A stretch of 64,000 nucleotides of DNA from a virus. Below, piece after piece: positions 64,000-64,000 of the stretch. Location: positions 33,433-97,432 of IMG/VR virus record IMGVR_UViG_3300017605_000706; one strand, written 5' to 3'. The translations under genes were made by a program, and so were the position numbers. Position 1 is the stretch's first letter; each line of letters opens with the position of its first letter. Under the pieces are notes generated by a model that did no database searches, was not told the DNA's origin, and saw nothing but the letters and a program-made list of their open reading frames with translations.

Positions 64000-64000
64000 C

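Noticed and set aside
1-64000. tRNA or rRNA genes
   Set aside because: No cloverleaf with T-loop and D-loop consensus, and no rRNA-like tract, noticed in the few intergenic gaps; tRNAscan-SE would be decisive.

Overview
A roughly 60% GC, gene-dense 64-kb slice of a large virus-like element that probably infects bacteria. Support: standard genetic code, 4-8 nt start/stop overlaps, a tyrosine recombinase and peptidoglycan-active enzymes. No capsid, portal, terminase, DNA polymerase, rRNA, tRNA or CRISPR array is recognisable here. Layout: (1) 1-6.3 kb, a virion-like module of tail-anchored membrane proteins and small Arg/Lys-rich proteins, four of which end in a shared LGYVY[QT]G..WKA.RR.GR tail. 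(2) 6.7-19.3 kb, a nucleotide-sugar/glycan cluster (WecB, WecC-like dehydrogenase, GalE-like epimerase, GT2s, methyltransferases) with two LamG proteins, a membrane-anchored SGNH hydrolase and an M23 peptidase. (3) 20-26 kb, a leftward MoxR-type AAA+/VWA-metallopeptidase operon. (4) 26.4-47 kb, a rightward run of small accessory genes. (5) 47-57 kb, two kinase-like paralogs, a Cys-His-Asp protein, integrase, lytic transglycosylase, macrodomain and a RAMP/Cas7-like gene pair. (6) 57-62 kb, two beta-helix spike proteins behind a structured leader. The strongest signal is a family of 24 dispersed, highly divergent paralogs. They share a [DG]-[IVL]-P-W-E-I-H-x-I-x-D-x2-A-x2-AA-x2-[YFW] motif, usually C-terminal, and usually an upstream [WY]RG motif. 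Three of them continue the MoxR/VWA operon, suggesting a variable-domain/constant-dock adaptor system. A recurring TGAAT-N17/18-GTC promoter-like motif (about 19 copies) punctuates the accessory region. All family assignments come from motif recognition by eye, not database searches.
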